DNA from: Candidatus Marinacidobacterium sp.
Lineage (GTDB): Bacteria > Acidobacteriota > Vicinamibacteria > Marinacidobacterales > Marinacidobacteraceae
NCBI GenBank assembly: GCA_965220965.1
Contig: OZ244852.1
Span: 1,696,001-1,760,000, forward strand
Length of the DNA stretch: 64,000 nucleotides
Reading direction: 5' to 3'
Shown: in pieces, positions 46,017 to 54,644 of the stretch
Layout: each line of letters begins with the position of its first letter
How positions within the stretch are numbered: position 1 is the stretch's first letter
The notes under the pieces: generated by a model
What the model was told of the DNA's origin: nothing
Seen by the model: the letters and a program-made list of their open reading frames with translations, nothing else
Database searches by the model: none
Position numbers and translations under genes: made by a program

Positions 46017-47173
46017 TCGCCGCTCCCGGGAGTCCCGCACTCGGCGAGAAAGTCGTCGAACAGCGAGGCGGTGTCCTCGGGGCCGGGGCGGGCCTCGGGA
46101 TGGAACTGGACGCTGCGGAAGGGGCGTTCGAGCGACCGGACGCCCTCGTTGGTGCCGTCGTTCAGGTTGCGGAACCAGGGCGCCCAGCCGGCGGGCAACC
46201 GATCCTCGTCCACCGCGTAGCCGTGGTTCTGGCTGGTGATGTAGCAGCGGCCGGTGAGGAGGTTCTGAACCGGCTGGTTCACGCTGCGGTGGCCGTAGGG
46301 GAGCTTGAAGGTGCGGGCCCCGGCGGCGAGGGCCAGAAGCTGGTTCCCGAGGCAGACGCCCAGAATCGGGCCGGGGAACCAGTCCATGACGCGCCGCAGC
46401 TCCCTGGCGAGGCCACCCAGGTCGGCGGGATCCCCGGGACCGTTGCCGATCAGGATCCCATCGGCCTTTCGCGCCGCCTCCTCGAGCGGATCCAGCCCCG
46501 AGACCCGGTGAACCCGGGCTCCCCGCTTCACGAGCGACCGGACGAGATTGTCCTTCGCGCCGACATCCACCAGCAGCACGCGGGGACCGTCCCCCTCGCC
46601 GTGATCTTCCGGCCGGGCGGGGACGACCTGTTCGAAGACCTCGCGGGTCATCTCCACCGAGGCGGCGTCCGACGGAGGCGCCGGAGCCGCCGGGTAGAGG
46701 AGGCCCCGCATCGTCCCCGACTCCCTGAGCCGCATCGTCAGGGCCCGGGTGTCCACTCCGGAAACCGCCGGAACGCCCTCGGAGGCGAGCCAGTCGCCGA
46801 GGCGGCGGGCGCTCGTATGGTGGCTGGGCGCGGTCTCGTGGCGCTGGACGACGAGTCCCTGGACCTGGATGCGCGCGGACTCGAAGGGGCCGGCGATGGA
46901 GCCGGGCGGTCGGGGCGCCGGGACCCCGTAGTTCCCGATCAGCGGGTACGTCAGGACGAGGATCTGACCCCGGTAGGACGGGTCGGTGAGCGCCTCCACG
47001 TAGCCGGCCATTCCGGTGTTGAAGACGACCTCTCCCGCCACCGCATGATCCGGGCGCCCGAACGAGAGACCGTCGTACTCGGCGCCGTCCTCGAGCCGGA
47101 GCCGCATGGGCCGGGGGGACGAAACGCCGGGGCCCGGATCGCCGACAGTTCGCGAATCCGGTTCCGGGCTCAA
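46013..47173 (-). CDS. carA: Carbamoyl-phosphate synthase small subunit
   Basis: GEVVFNTGMAGY, TDPSY, NGPGDP, GVCLGNQ and QFHPEA; start may be 47107. Confidence 0.95.
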   Translation of the reverse strand: MSPEPDSRTVGDPGPGVSSPRPMRLRLEDGAEYDGLSFGRPDHAVAGEVVFNTGMAGYVEALTDPSYRGQILVLTYPLIGNYGVPAPRPPGSIAGPFESARIQVQGLVVQRHETAPSHHTSARRLGDWLASEGVPAVSGVDTRALTMRLRESGTMRGLLYPAAPAPPSDAASVEMTREVFEQVVPARPEDHGEGDGPRVLLVDVGAKDNLVRSLVKRGARVHRVSGLDPLEEAARKADGILIGNGPGDPADLGGLARELRRVMDWFPGPILGVCLGNQLLALAAGARTFKLPYGHRSVNQPVQNLLTGRCYITSQNHGYAVDEDRLPAGWAPWFRNLNDGTNEGVRSLERPFRSVQFHPEARPGPEDTASLFDDFLAECGTPGSGD

Positions 47174-47187
47174 ATCGGCGCGGATCC

Positions 47188-47703
47188 TAGCAGTCCGCTG
47201 ACGAAGTCACGCGGCGTTCCAGCGGCGATGCACGCGACTTCATCAACGAACTGCTCGCAGTCCACTGGCAAAGTCACACGACCCGGTTCTCCCGGCGGGG
47301 GCTCGGGCGGCGATGGCCCCCACCGGAAGGACTGGCCCCGGCCGAGCCCGGCCCCTGCGGGGCGCTCATCGGTGCGTTTTCGCCCGGGATTTGACCGGAT
47401 TCAGAGGCCCATCGGCTGGTAGAGTTGGAGCGAATGTTCTGCGGGCGCCGACACATGCCGGGTGGGCCACCAGCCCGTTGACAAAGTCCCGCGGCCCGGT
47501 TCTCCCGGTAGGGGCTCGAGCGGCGATGGCCCCCACCGGGAGGACTGGCCCCGCCCGAACCACGCCCCTTCGGGGCGCTCATCGTTGCGTTCACTCGGCA
47601 TCCCGATGCCGGTTCTCCCGGTAGGGGCCCTCCCTCACGCGCCTTGTCGGCCGGGCGCCTCACCGCTCTCGGCGCTGCACGCGACTTCGTCAACGGACTG
47701 CTA
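47188..47703. mobile_element. Cluster of three MITE-family units: a minimal TIR-TIR unit (47188-47255), a 3'-truncated unit (47257-~47470) and a full unit (47471-47703)
   Basis: Repeated (TAG)CAGTCCGYTGACGAAGTC ends and CGACTTCRTCAACGRACTGCT reverse ends; internal GCGGCGATGGCCCCCACCGG...CGCGCCTTGTCGGCCGGGCGCCTCACCGCTCTCGGCGCT shared with 22219-22419; no transposase ORF. Confidence 0.75.
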
Positions 47704-47735
47704 TGGTGCGCGCCGGAGCGACCAGGGGGTCCGAC

Positions 47736-48851
47736 ATGAACCGATCTTCCATCATCCTGACCGCGGGCGTCCTTGTCGCCGCCTCGGCCGCGCTGGCCCA
47801 GCAGCGGCCGGTGGTCCACTTCACCGCCTCCGATGATCGCGCGTTCGCCAGCGCGCGCATCACCGTGGACGGGAGCGCCCAGGAAAGCTCCACGGTCTCG
47901 GTGACGCTGACCTCCCCCTCGGGGAGCGCCGAGACGCTCGAAATGGAGCGCGACGGAGCGCGTCACACCTGGGTCGGCCAACTCCCCGAGGCGGGGACCT
48001 GGCGCGTCGAGGCGGTTCTGGAGGGACGGGACGGACGCCAGACGAATGACGCGTCCCTGACGCTCTCGGCGGGCGAGCCGACCTGCAGCGTCTCGCTCAG
48101 CGGTCCCGAAGAGGCGACCTCCTACCTGGAGTCCCTGATCACCGTGAACGTCTGCGCCTCCGAGGCCGTCTCCGGGGACCTCGCGCGTTACGTCCGGGTC
48201 ATGCAGGACGGCGTGCAGGTGGCCGCGCTCAACGCCACCGAGCAGTGCGAGCGCTCCTTCACCCTTCCCGGAAGCGGCGCCTTCGAGGCCATCGCCGAGA
48301 TCACCGATGACCGGGGGACCACCGCGACCTGCTCGAGCAACGACGTGGATATCGAGGCGATCCACGCCGGCTACTGGCTCCTGGGAGACGTGGTCACCGG
48401 GCTCTACCGCACGACGCAGTCCACGATCGTTCCCGACGACGCGGCAGCGCCCTTCGGGGGGGCCGCGGTGGGCGTCACGATCTCGCACAATGCGGCCGCC
48501 GAGGACTACACCGCCTTCACGGCGCGCGCCGCCGCAGCCGTCGGCCTGAACGAGTGGTTCGGAACCACCTTCGACGCGATCGTCACCCGCCACAACGATG
48601 TCGGGTTCTTCGGCGCCGGGGTGGGGCTGTGGGGCCTCGGCAACTCCACCCTCCTCGACGCGGCGGTCATCGCCACCGGGGGGCTCCACGTGAACAACTA
48701 CTACTACCAGGCGGGCCAGACCCAGGTCTTCGGCGAATTGCGGCTCTTCGCCCGCCACGCCACCGACTGGTCGAACCACTACGCGGCGCTCGTCGGCATC
48801 CGGACGAACTTCCGCCCGCTGCACAAGCTCCAGGTCCGGCCGTCGAATTGA
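47736..48851 (+). CDS. Secreted protein with PKD/Ig-like domains and a probable C-terminal outer-membrane beta-barrel
   Basis: Signal peptide ...ALAQ; TDDRG-T-ATC PKD-like motif; 4 Cys; alternating hydrophobic strands ending GIRTNF. Confidence 0.65.
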   Translation: MNRSSIILTAGVLVAASAALAQQRPVVHFTASDDRAFASARITVDGSAQESSTVSVTLTSPSGSAETLEMERDGARHTWVGQLPEAGTWRVEAVLEGRDGRQTNDASLTLSAGEPTCSVSLSGPEEATSYLESLITVNVCASEAVSGDLARYVRVMQDGVQVAALNATEQCERSFTLPGSGAFEAIAEITDDRGTTATCSSNDVDIEAIHAGYWLLGDVVTGLYRTTQSTIVPDDAAAPFGGAAVGVTISHNAAAEDYTAFTARAAAAVGLNEWFGTTFDAIVTRHNDVGFFGAGVGLWGLGNSTLLDAAVIATGGLHVNNYYYQAGQTQVFGELRLFARHATDWSNHYAALVGIRTNFRPLHKLQVRPSN

Positions 48852-48877
48852 CCAGTCCGTCGAATTGACAGATTGAC
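48840..48877. repeat. Short direct repeat CCGTCGAATTGAC x2 plus a third ATTGAC
   Basis: Copies at 48840-48852 and 48857-48869; ATTGAC at 48872-48877. Confidence 0.7.
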
Positions 48878-49076
48878 CCGGACACGGCCGCTCCAGGGCG
48901 CGGGAGGGCTCTTCGCCGCCCTCATCGCGGTGCGCCTCGTGGTCGCCCTGGCCCCGGCGGATCCGCTGATCGCGGGGGTCCCTCTCGGCATCGTCCTCGA
49001 GTTCGGCGTCGTGGCCGCCGCCACCGGCGTCCTCGCGATCGCTTCGCGCGCCGCCTTCCGTGACGATGAAGGCTGA
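48873..49076 (+). CDS. Small 2-TM protein, DUF3311-like symporter accessory subunit
   Basis: DPLIAGVPLG motif between two hydrophobic helices; directly upstream of an SSS gene; TTG start uncertain. Confidence 0.55.
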   Translation: MTRTRPLQGAGGLFAALIAVRLVVALAPADPLIAGVPLGIVLEFGVVAAATGVLAIASRAAFRDDEG

Positions 49077-49127
49077 GCCCCGGGAGACTCCGGTCGCGCT
49101 CCGCGGAACCGCGGACGGTCCTCTCGC

Positions 49128-50600
49128 ATGACGCTCGCGGTCGTCGGCCTGTATCTGGCCATCGTCATCGGGGTCGGCCTCGCCGCGCGTCGTCGCGGGG
49201 ACAGCGGCGGCGCCGGCGGCGAGGGGTACTTCCTGGCCGGCCGCTCCATCGGCCCCTTCGTCCTGCTCATGACGCTGTTCGGGACGAACATGACGGCGTT
49301 TACGATCCTGGGGGCCTCCGGCGAGGGCTACCGCCAGGGGCTCCGGGTGTTCGGGCTCATGGCCACGAACTCCACCATCGTGATCCCGTTGACGTTCCTC
49401 GTCATCGGCGTTCCGCTGTGGCGGCTGGGGAAGCGGCACGGCTTCGCCACCCAGGCCGAGTTCTTCAGCGCCCGCTACGGGTCGCCGGCGCTCGGGCTGC
49501 TGATCCTGGGCTCGACGCTGCTCTGGCTGGTCCCCTACGTCCTGATCGGAGTCCAGGGCGGCGGCGCCGCGCTGGCCGCGATCGTGGGGCCGGAGTCCGG
49601 ATTCCCGACGTGGGTCGGGAGCCTCGCGATGTGCGTCGTCGTGCTCGCCTACCTGGTGGCCGGCGGCATGCGCAGCACCGCGATCGTGAACACCTTCCAG
49701 ACGTTGGTGTTCATGGTGGTCGCCGGGCTCGCGTTCGTCGTGATCACCCAGGGACTCGGCGGGTTCGCCGAGGCGGCGGCGCGGCTGAAGGCGACCTCGC
49801 CCGAGCTGTTCGAGCTGACGCGTTCGCGGAAGGACTGGATCCAGACCGCGACCTACCTGTTCGTCCCGCTCTCGACCTCCTGTTTCCCGCACATCTTCGG
49901 CCACTGGATGTCCGCCCGGAGCGCCTCCACGTTCCGGCTGTCGCTGCTGGCGTACCCGGCCTGCATCGCGCTCGTGTGGTTCCCGTGCGTCGCCCTTGGC
50001 GCGCTGGGCAGGCTCGAGGCTCCGGACGGCGCATCCGGGCCGATCATCATCCTGCTGATCCAGGAGCACGCCGGGAGCCTGCTCGCCGGCTGCCTGGCGG
50101 CGGGCGTCTTCGCCGCCATCATGTCGTCGCTCGATTCGCAGACGCTCTCGGTGGGGACGATGATGACCCGGGACGCGGCGCCGCGGCTGGGGTGGATCGC
50201 CTCCCGCGTCCGGGGACGGGAGGAGCTGGCGGGCCGGGTCTTCGTGGGCTTCTTCCTGGTCGTGGTGTTCGCCCTCAGCCTGGTCTCCAACCAGACGGTC
50301 TACAGCCTCGGGGTCTGGGCCATGTCGGGCTTCACCGCGCTGTTCCCGGTGCTGTTCGCCTCGATCTACTGGAAGCGAACCACCGCAGCCGGCGCCGCGG
50401 CCGGAGTCCTCGCCGGGATGGGGATGTGGCTCTACTTCTTCGTGTCCTCCCGCGGCGCCCCCGGCTGGACGGTCGGCGACTCGGGAGTCGAGCCGGCGGC
50501 GGCGATCGTCCTGACTTCGGCGGTGGCGCTCATCGTTGTGTCCCGGCTCACCCGGGCGCCCGATCCGGAGCGGCTCTCGCGTTTCTTCGCCGCGGGCTGA
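49128..50600 (+). CDS. Sodium:solute symporter family protein
   Basis: YFLAGRSIG, GGMRSTAIVNTFQ, FPHIF and AAIMSSLDSQ. Confidence 0.9.
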   Translation: MTLAVVGLYLAIVIGVGLAARRRGDSGGAGGEGYFLAGRSIGPFVLLMTLFGTNMTAFTILGASGEGYRQGLRVFGLMATNSTIVIPLTFLVIGVPLWRLGKRHGFATQAEFFSARYGSPALGLLILGSTLLWLVPYVLIGVQGGGAALAAIVGPESGFPTWVGSLAMCVVVLAYLVAGGMRSTAIVNTFQTLVFMVVAGLAFVVITQGLGGFAEAAARLKATSPELFELTRSRKDWIQTATYLFVPLSTSCFPHIFGHWMSARSASTFRLSLLAYPACIALVWFPCVALGALGRLEAPDGASGPIIILLIQEHAGSLLAGCLAAGVFAAIMSSLDSQTLSVGTMMTRDAAPRLGWIASRVRGREELAGRVFVGFFLVVVFALSLVSNQTVYSLGVWAMSGFTALFPVLFASIYWKRTTAAGAAAGVLAGMGMWLYFFVSSRGAPGWTVGDSGVEPAAAIVLTSAVALIVVSRLTRAPDPERLSRFFAAG

Positions 50601-50648
50601 CTCTCCCGGTTCGGTCCGGATCGCCGCCGGGCGCATAGGATTCGGCCC

Positions 50649-51704
50649 GTGAGACTGCGCCGGGCCTGTGTCGTAATGCTCCTGGCCGCCCCGGCGGCCG
50701 GACAGGAACCGCTCCCTCCCGGGGAGCGCCTCTTCCACACCTTCTCCATCGCCGCCGTCGACCGCGAGACGGGCGAAGCGGGCGTCGGGGTGACGACGCG
50801 GAATCCCTGCGTCGGCAACGGCGTTCCCTGGGTTCGCGCCGGGGTGGGCGCGGTGGCGACCCAGGCGCGCACCCGGACCCAGTACGGGAAGGAGCTGCTC
50901 GACCTGCTGGCGGCGGGGATGACGCCCGAAGAGGCGCTGGCCGCGCGGCTCGCGGCGGACGATGGCGCCCGGTTCCGCCAGATCGGCGTCGTGGGGCTCA
51001 CCGGAGGCGCCGCGCAGCACACCGGGTCCGAGGCCAGCGGCTGGGCCGGCCACCGGTCCGGCCCCGACTACGCGGCGCAGGGGAACATCCTGGTGGGACC
51101 GGAGGTCGTGGACGCAGTGGCGGAAGACTTCGAAGCGACCCGCGGTACCGGACGCTCGCTCGCGGACCGGCTGGTGTCGGCGCTCGAGGCGGGGCAGGCC
51201 GCCGGAGGCGACATGCGCCGCGGCCGACGGCAGTCGGCGGCCGTTATGGTCGCCGACCCGCGCGAGGGCGGTTCGCGCCGGGACGACCGGATCTCGACGA
51301 ACCTCCAGGTCTGCGAACACCCCACCCCCATCGCGGAACTCCGCCGGGTCCATGACGCGGTCGCGGAGAAACTGGGCTACCGGACCCTCCAGATGTTCGC
51401 GGGGCGCGATGTGCTCCAGCTCCGCGCGCTCATCGAGGAGACCGGTTGCGCCGGGAGGGACTGGGACTCGGGAATCGGCGACCGGGAAGCGGCCGGGACG
51501 CTCCGCGTCTTCGACGCCTCGCTCGCGGGGGCGGTGGACGCCTGCCGGACCCGCTACGGGCTCTCGACTCCGAACCACGGCGGTTCGCCGCCGGGGCTCG
51601 CCGATGCGGAGTTCGTCGCGACGCTGTGGGAGCGGATCGAGGGCGAGGGACGGGGGGACGCGGTCCGCGCCCGGCTGGCGCCGCTGCTGCGCATCACCCG
51701 ATGA
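50649..51704 (+). CDS. DUF1028 (Ntn-hydrolase-like) protein with C-terminal extension
   Basis: HTFSIAAVD, GVGAVATQA, AQGNIL, AGQAAGGD and QSAA. Confidence 0.88.
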   Translation: MRLRRACVVMLLAAPAAGQEPLPPGERLFHTFSIAAVDRETGEAGVGVTTRNPCVGNGVPWVRAGVGAVATQARTRTQYGKELLDLLAAGMTPEEALAARLAADDGARFRQIGVVGLTGGAAQHTGSEASGWAGHRSGPDYAAQGNILVGPEVVDAVAEDFEATRGTGRSLADRLVSALEAGQAAGGDMRRGRRQSAAVMVADPREGGSRRDDRISTNLQVCEHPTPIAELRRVHDAVAEKLGYRTLQMFAGRDVLQLRALIEETGCAGRDWDSGIGDREAAGTLRVFDASLAGAVDACRTRYGLSTPNHGGSPPGLADAEFVATLWERIEGEGRGDAVRARLAPLLRITR

Positions 51705-52807
51705 GTCCCGACGCCCAGCCCACCGCCGCCGGACGCCCGGTCCGGATCGACCTGCGGTCGGACACCGTGTCGCGCCCGACCGAGGCCATGCGGGCGGCGA
51801 TGGCCGCCGCCCCGGTAGGGGACGACGTGTACCGGGACGACCCCTCGGTGCGGCGCCTCGAGGAGCGGACCGCCGAGGTCCTCGGCAAGGAGGCGGCGGT
51901 CTTCACGCCCACCGGGACGATGAGCAACCAGATCGCGCTCCGCTGCCAGACCGAGCCCGGGGATCTGGTGCTCGCGGAGACGAATGCCCACGCCTACCTC
52001 GTGGAGTCCGGCGGACCCGCCGCGCTGTCGGGCGCCACCGTCGTGGGGCTCCCCGGACGCCGCGGAGCGTTCACCGCCGACCAGGTCCGGTCCGCGGTGC
52101 GGACGCCCCACCCGCTGGTTCCGGCGGCCTGCTACCCGGTTCCGCGCCTGGTCGCGGCCGAGAACACCCACAACGGCGCCGGGGGCGCCGTGTGGCCGCC
52201 CGGAGCGCTGCGGGAAACAGCCGAGACCGCGCGCGAACTCGGACTCGCGACCCACCTCGACGGGGCGCGGCTCTGGCACGCGACCGCCGCTACCGGGATC
52301 CTCGAGCGGGAGTGGGCCGCGCCGTTCGACACGGTGAGCGTCTGCTTCTCGAAGGCGCTGGGCGCGCCGATGGGGTCGTGCCTCGCCGGCGACCGGTCGA
52401 TCATCGAGCGCGCCCGGCGTTTCCGCCAGTTGTTCGGCGGGGGCTTCCGGCAGGCGGGGATCGTGGCGTCGGGGGCGCTCCACGCGCTCGAGAACCACCG
52501 CGAGCGGCTCCCGGAGGACCACCGGAGGGCCCGGCGGCTGGGCGAAGGCCTGGCCGAGCTTCCGGGAATCGTCGTGGATGTCGACGGGATCGAGACGAAC
52601 ATCGTGCGGTTCGGAACCGACGGGGTGAACGCCTTCCGGCTCGCGGAAGAGCTGCTGGACCGGGAAGTGGCGGTCCTTCCCGCGTCGGATTCGGCGATGC
52701 GGGTCATCCCGCACCTCCAGATCAGCGACGCCGACGTGGAGGACGCCCTCGCCGCCTTCGCCGAGTCTCTCGAGGTTCTGCTCGGAGCGAAGACCGGAGC
52801 GGCGTAG
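51701..52807 (+). CDS. ltaE: Low-specificity L-threonine aldolase
   Basis: IDLRSDTV, VGDDVY, GTMSNQ, ENTHN, HLDGARL, CFSKALGAP and GGGFRQAG. Confidence 0.92.
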   Translation: MSPDAQPTAAGRPVRIDLRSDTVSRPTEAMRAAMAAAPVGDDVYRDDPSVRRLEERTAEVLGKEAAVFTPTGTMSNQIALRCQTEPGDLVLAETNAHAYLVESGGPAALSGATVVGLPGRRGAFTADQVRSAVRTPHPLVPAACYPVPRLVAAENTHNGAGGAVWPPGALRETAETARELGLATHLDGARLWHATAATGILEREWAAPFDTVSVCFSKALGAPMGSCLAGDRSIIERARRFRQLFGGGFRQAGIVASGALHALENHRERLPEDHRRARRLGEGLAELPGIVVDVDGIETNIVRFGTDGVNAFRLAEELLDREVAVLPASDSAMRVIPHLQISDADVEDALAAFAESLEVLLGAKTGAA

Positions 52808-52837
52808 AAACCCGTCCGGGGGGGCCGGGGGCCCGGG

Positions 52838-54070
52838 TCAGGCGCCGGCCGGGCCCGCTTCCTCGCCCGCTTCCTCAAACGCCGCGCCGAGGCGCTCGAT
52901 GGCCTCGGGAATCCGGGCGAGCGGGACGTGGCTGAACGAGAGCCGCAGCGTCCGGCGGGCGAGCGGGATCCCCGGATCCGCGAAGAACGGACGGCCGGCG
53001 ACGAAGGCGACCCGGTGACGCTCGACCGCGCGCTCGAGCAGCGCCTCGGTGTCGGTATCGGTCTCGATCCAGAGGAAGAAGCCGCCATCGGGACGCACCG
53101 CCGGGCTCCCGCCGGGGAACCCGGCGAGCGCGGAGAGCATCGCGTCGCGCTTCGTCCGGTAGAGGTCGCGCGACCGGTCGACCTGGCGGTCGAGCGCCCC
53201 GGACTCGGCGTAGGCGAGCGCGAGGCGCTGGACCAGCGCTCCGGAGCACTGGTCGGAGCCGAGCTTGAGCAGCCCGAAGCGGGCCACCAGTTCGGGATCC
53301 GCGACGACCCAGCCGAGGCGGAGCCCGGGACCGAAGATCTTGGAGAAGGTGTGGACGAAGACGACGCGGTCCGGCGCCAGGGCCTTCAGCGCCGGAACGC
53401 GGGGGCCGCCGTAGCGGAGTTCGGCGTAGGCGTGGTCCTCGATCACCAGAACGTCCCGGCGTTCGCAGACCTCGAGGACCTGCTCGCGGCGGCGGGCCGT
53501 CCAGGTTCGGCCGGTGGGGTTCGAGTAGGTGGGGTTGGCGTAAAGCACCTTCGGCGCGGTCCCCTCGGCGGCGAGGCGACCGACGGCTTCATCGAGGGCC
53601 TCGGGGATCAGCCCGTCGCGATCACTCGTCACCGCGACCGGCCGGAGGCCGAGTTCCCGGGCGATGTGGAGGGTCGCCAGGTACGTGGGGTCCTCCACCA
53701 GCAGCGGGTCCCCGGGATCACAGAGCGCGTTCAGCGCGTGGCGGATCCCCTCGACCCCGCCGCTGACGACGAGCACCTCGTCGGGACGCGCCTCGACCGA
53801 CTCGAGCCGGGCGGTGCGGTCGGCGAGGAACTCGCGGAGCGCGGTGACGCCGGGGTTCGGGGAGTAGTTCAGCGCCTCCGGGGCGTGTTCGGCGAGCACC
53901 CGCGACATCGCCTCGCGGGTCGCCTCCACCTGGAACACCCCGGGGTCGGGAAGGCCGCCGGCGAGCGAGATGACCCCCGGGCGCTCGGCGAGGCGCAGGA
54001 TGCGGACGACCGCGTCCTCGCCGGCGATGCGATCGGCGGCGCGGGAGAACGCCGGACGTGATGCGCTCAT
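52838..54070 (-). CDS. PLP-dependent class I aminotransferase (LysN/Aro8-like)
   Basis: ISLAGGLPD, EDPTY, PTYSNPTG, EDHAY and TFSKIFGPGLRLGW. Confidence 0.9.
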   Translation of the reverse strand: MSASRPAFSRAADRIAGEDAVVRILRLAERPGVISLAGGLPDPGVFQVEATREAMSRVLAEHAPEALNYSPNPGVTALREFLADRTARLESVEARPDEVLVVSGGVEGIRHALNALCDPGDPLLVEDPTYLATLHIARELGLRPVAVTSDRDGLIPEALDEAVGRLAAEGTAPKVLYANPTYSNPTGRTWTARRREQVLEVCERRDVLVIEDHAYAELRYGGPRVPALKALAPDRVVFVHTFSKIFGPGLRLGWVVADPELVARFGLLKLGSDQCSGALVQRLALAYAESGALDRQVDRSRDLYRTKRDAMLSALAGFPGGSPAVRPDGGFFLWIETDTDTEALLERAVERHRVAFVAGRPFFADPGIPLARRTLRLSFSHVPLARIPEAIERLGAAFEEAGEEAGPAGA

Positions 54071-54621
54071 CGGGCCGCGCTCCGGGCCGCCATCACCAGC
54101 GCCTTGAGCGCCTCCACGGTTTCGGGGACCTCGCGATTCACCACGACGTGGTCGTAGGCCGCGGCGCGCGGGATTTCGGCGCGGGCCGTCGAGAGCCGGC
54201 GCCGGACCTCCTCGCCCGACTCGCGGCCCCGGCCGGCGAGGCGCGCCTCGAGGTCCGAAAACCCCGGCGGGGCGATGAAGATGGTGACCGCGTCAGGGAT
54301 CTCGCGCCGCAGCGCCTCGGCCCCCTGGACATCGACCTCGATGAGCAGGTCCCCGTCGTCGGCGGCGAGCGCGGCGCGGGATGTGCCGTAGCGGTATCCG
54401 TGGACCATCGCCCACTCTACGAAGGCGCCCCGGGCGATCAGCGCCCGGAACTCCTCCTCCGGGACGAAGTGGTAGTCCCGGCCGTCCTGCTCTCCCTTCC
54501 GGATGGGCCGGGTGGTGTGGGAGATCACGAACGCCAGGTCCGGAACCTCCGCGACCAGCCGCCGCAGGAGCGTCGACTTGCCGACCCCGGAGGGACCGGA
54601 GACGACGAAGAGCCGGGCCAC
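54067..54621 (-). CDS. gmk: Guanylate kinase
   Basis: SGPSGVGKST, SHTTRP, DGRDYHFV, YGTS and EVDVQGA. Confidence 0.95.
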   Translation of the reverse strand: MARLFVVSGPSGVGKSTLLRRLVAEVPDLAFVISHTTRPIRKGEQDGRDYHFVPEEEFRALIARGAFVEWAMVHGYRYGTSRAALAADDGDLLIEVDVQGAEALRREIPDAVTIFIAPPGFSDLEARLAGRGRESGEEVRRRLSTARAEIPRAAAYDHVVVNREVPETVEALKALVMAARSAAR

Positions 54622-54644
54622 CGCCGCTCAGCGAGTCGAAGAGG

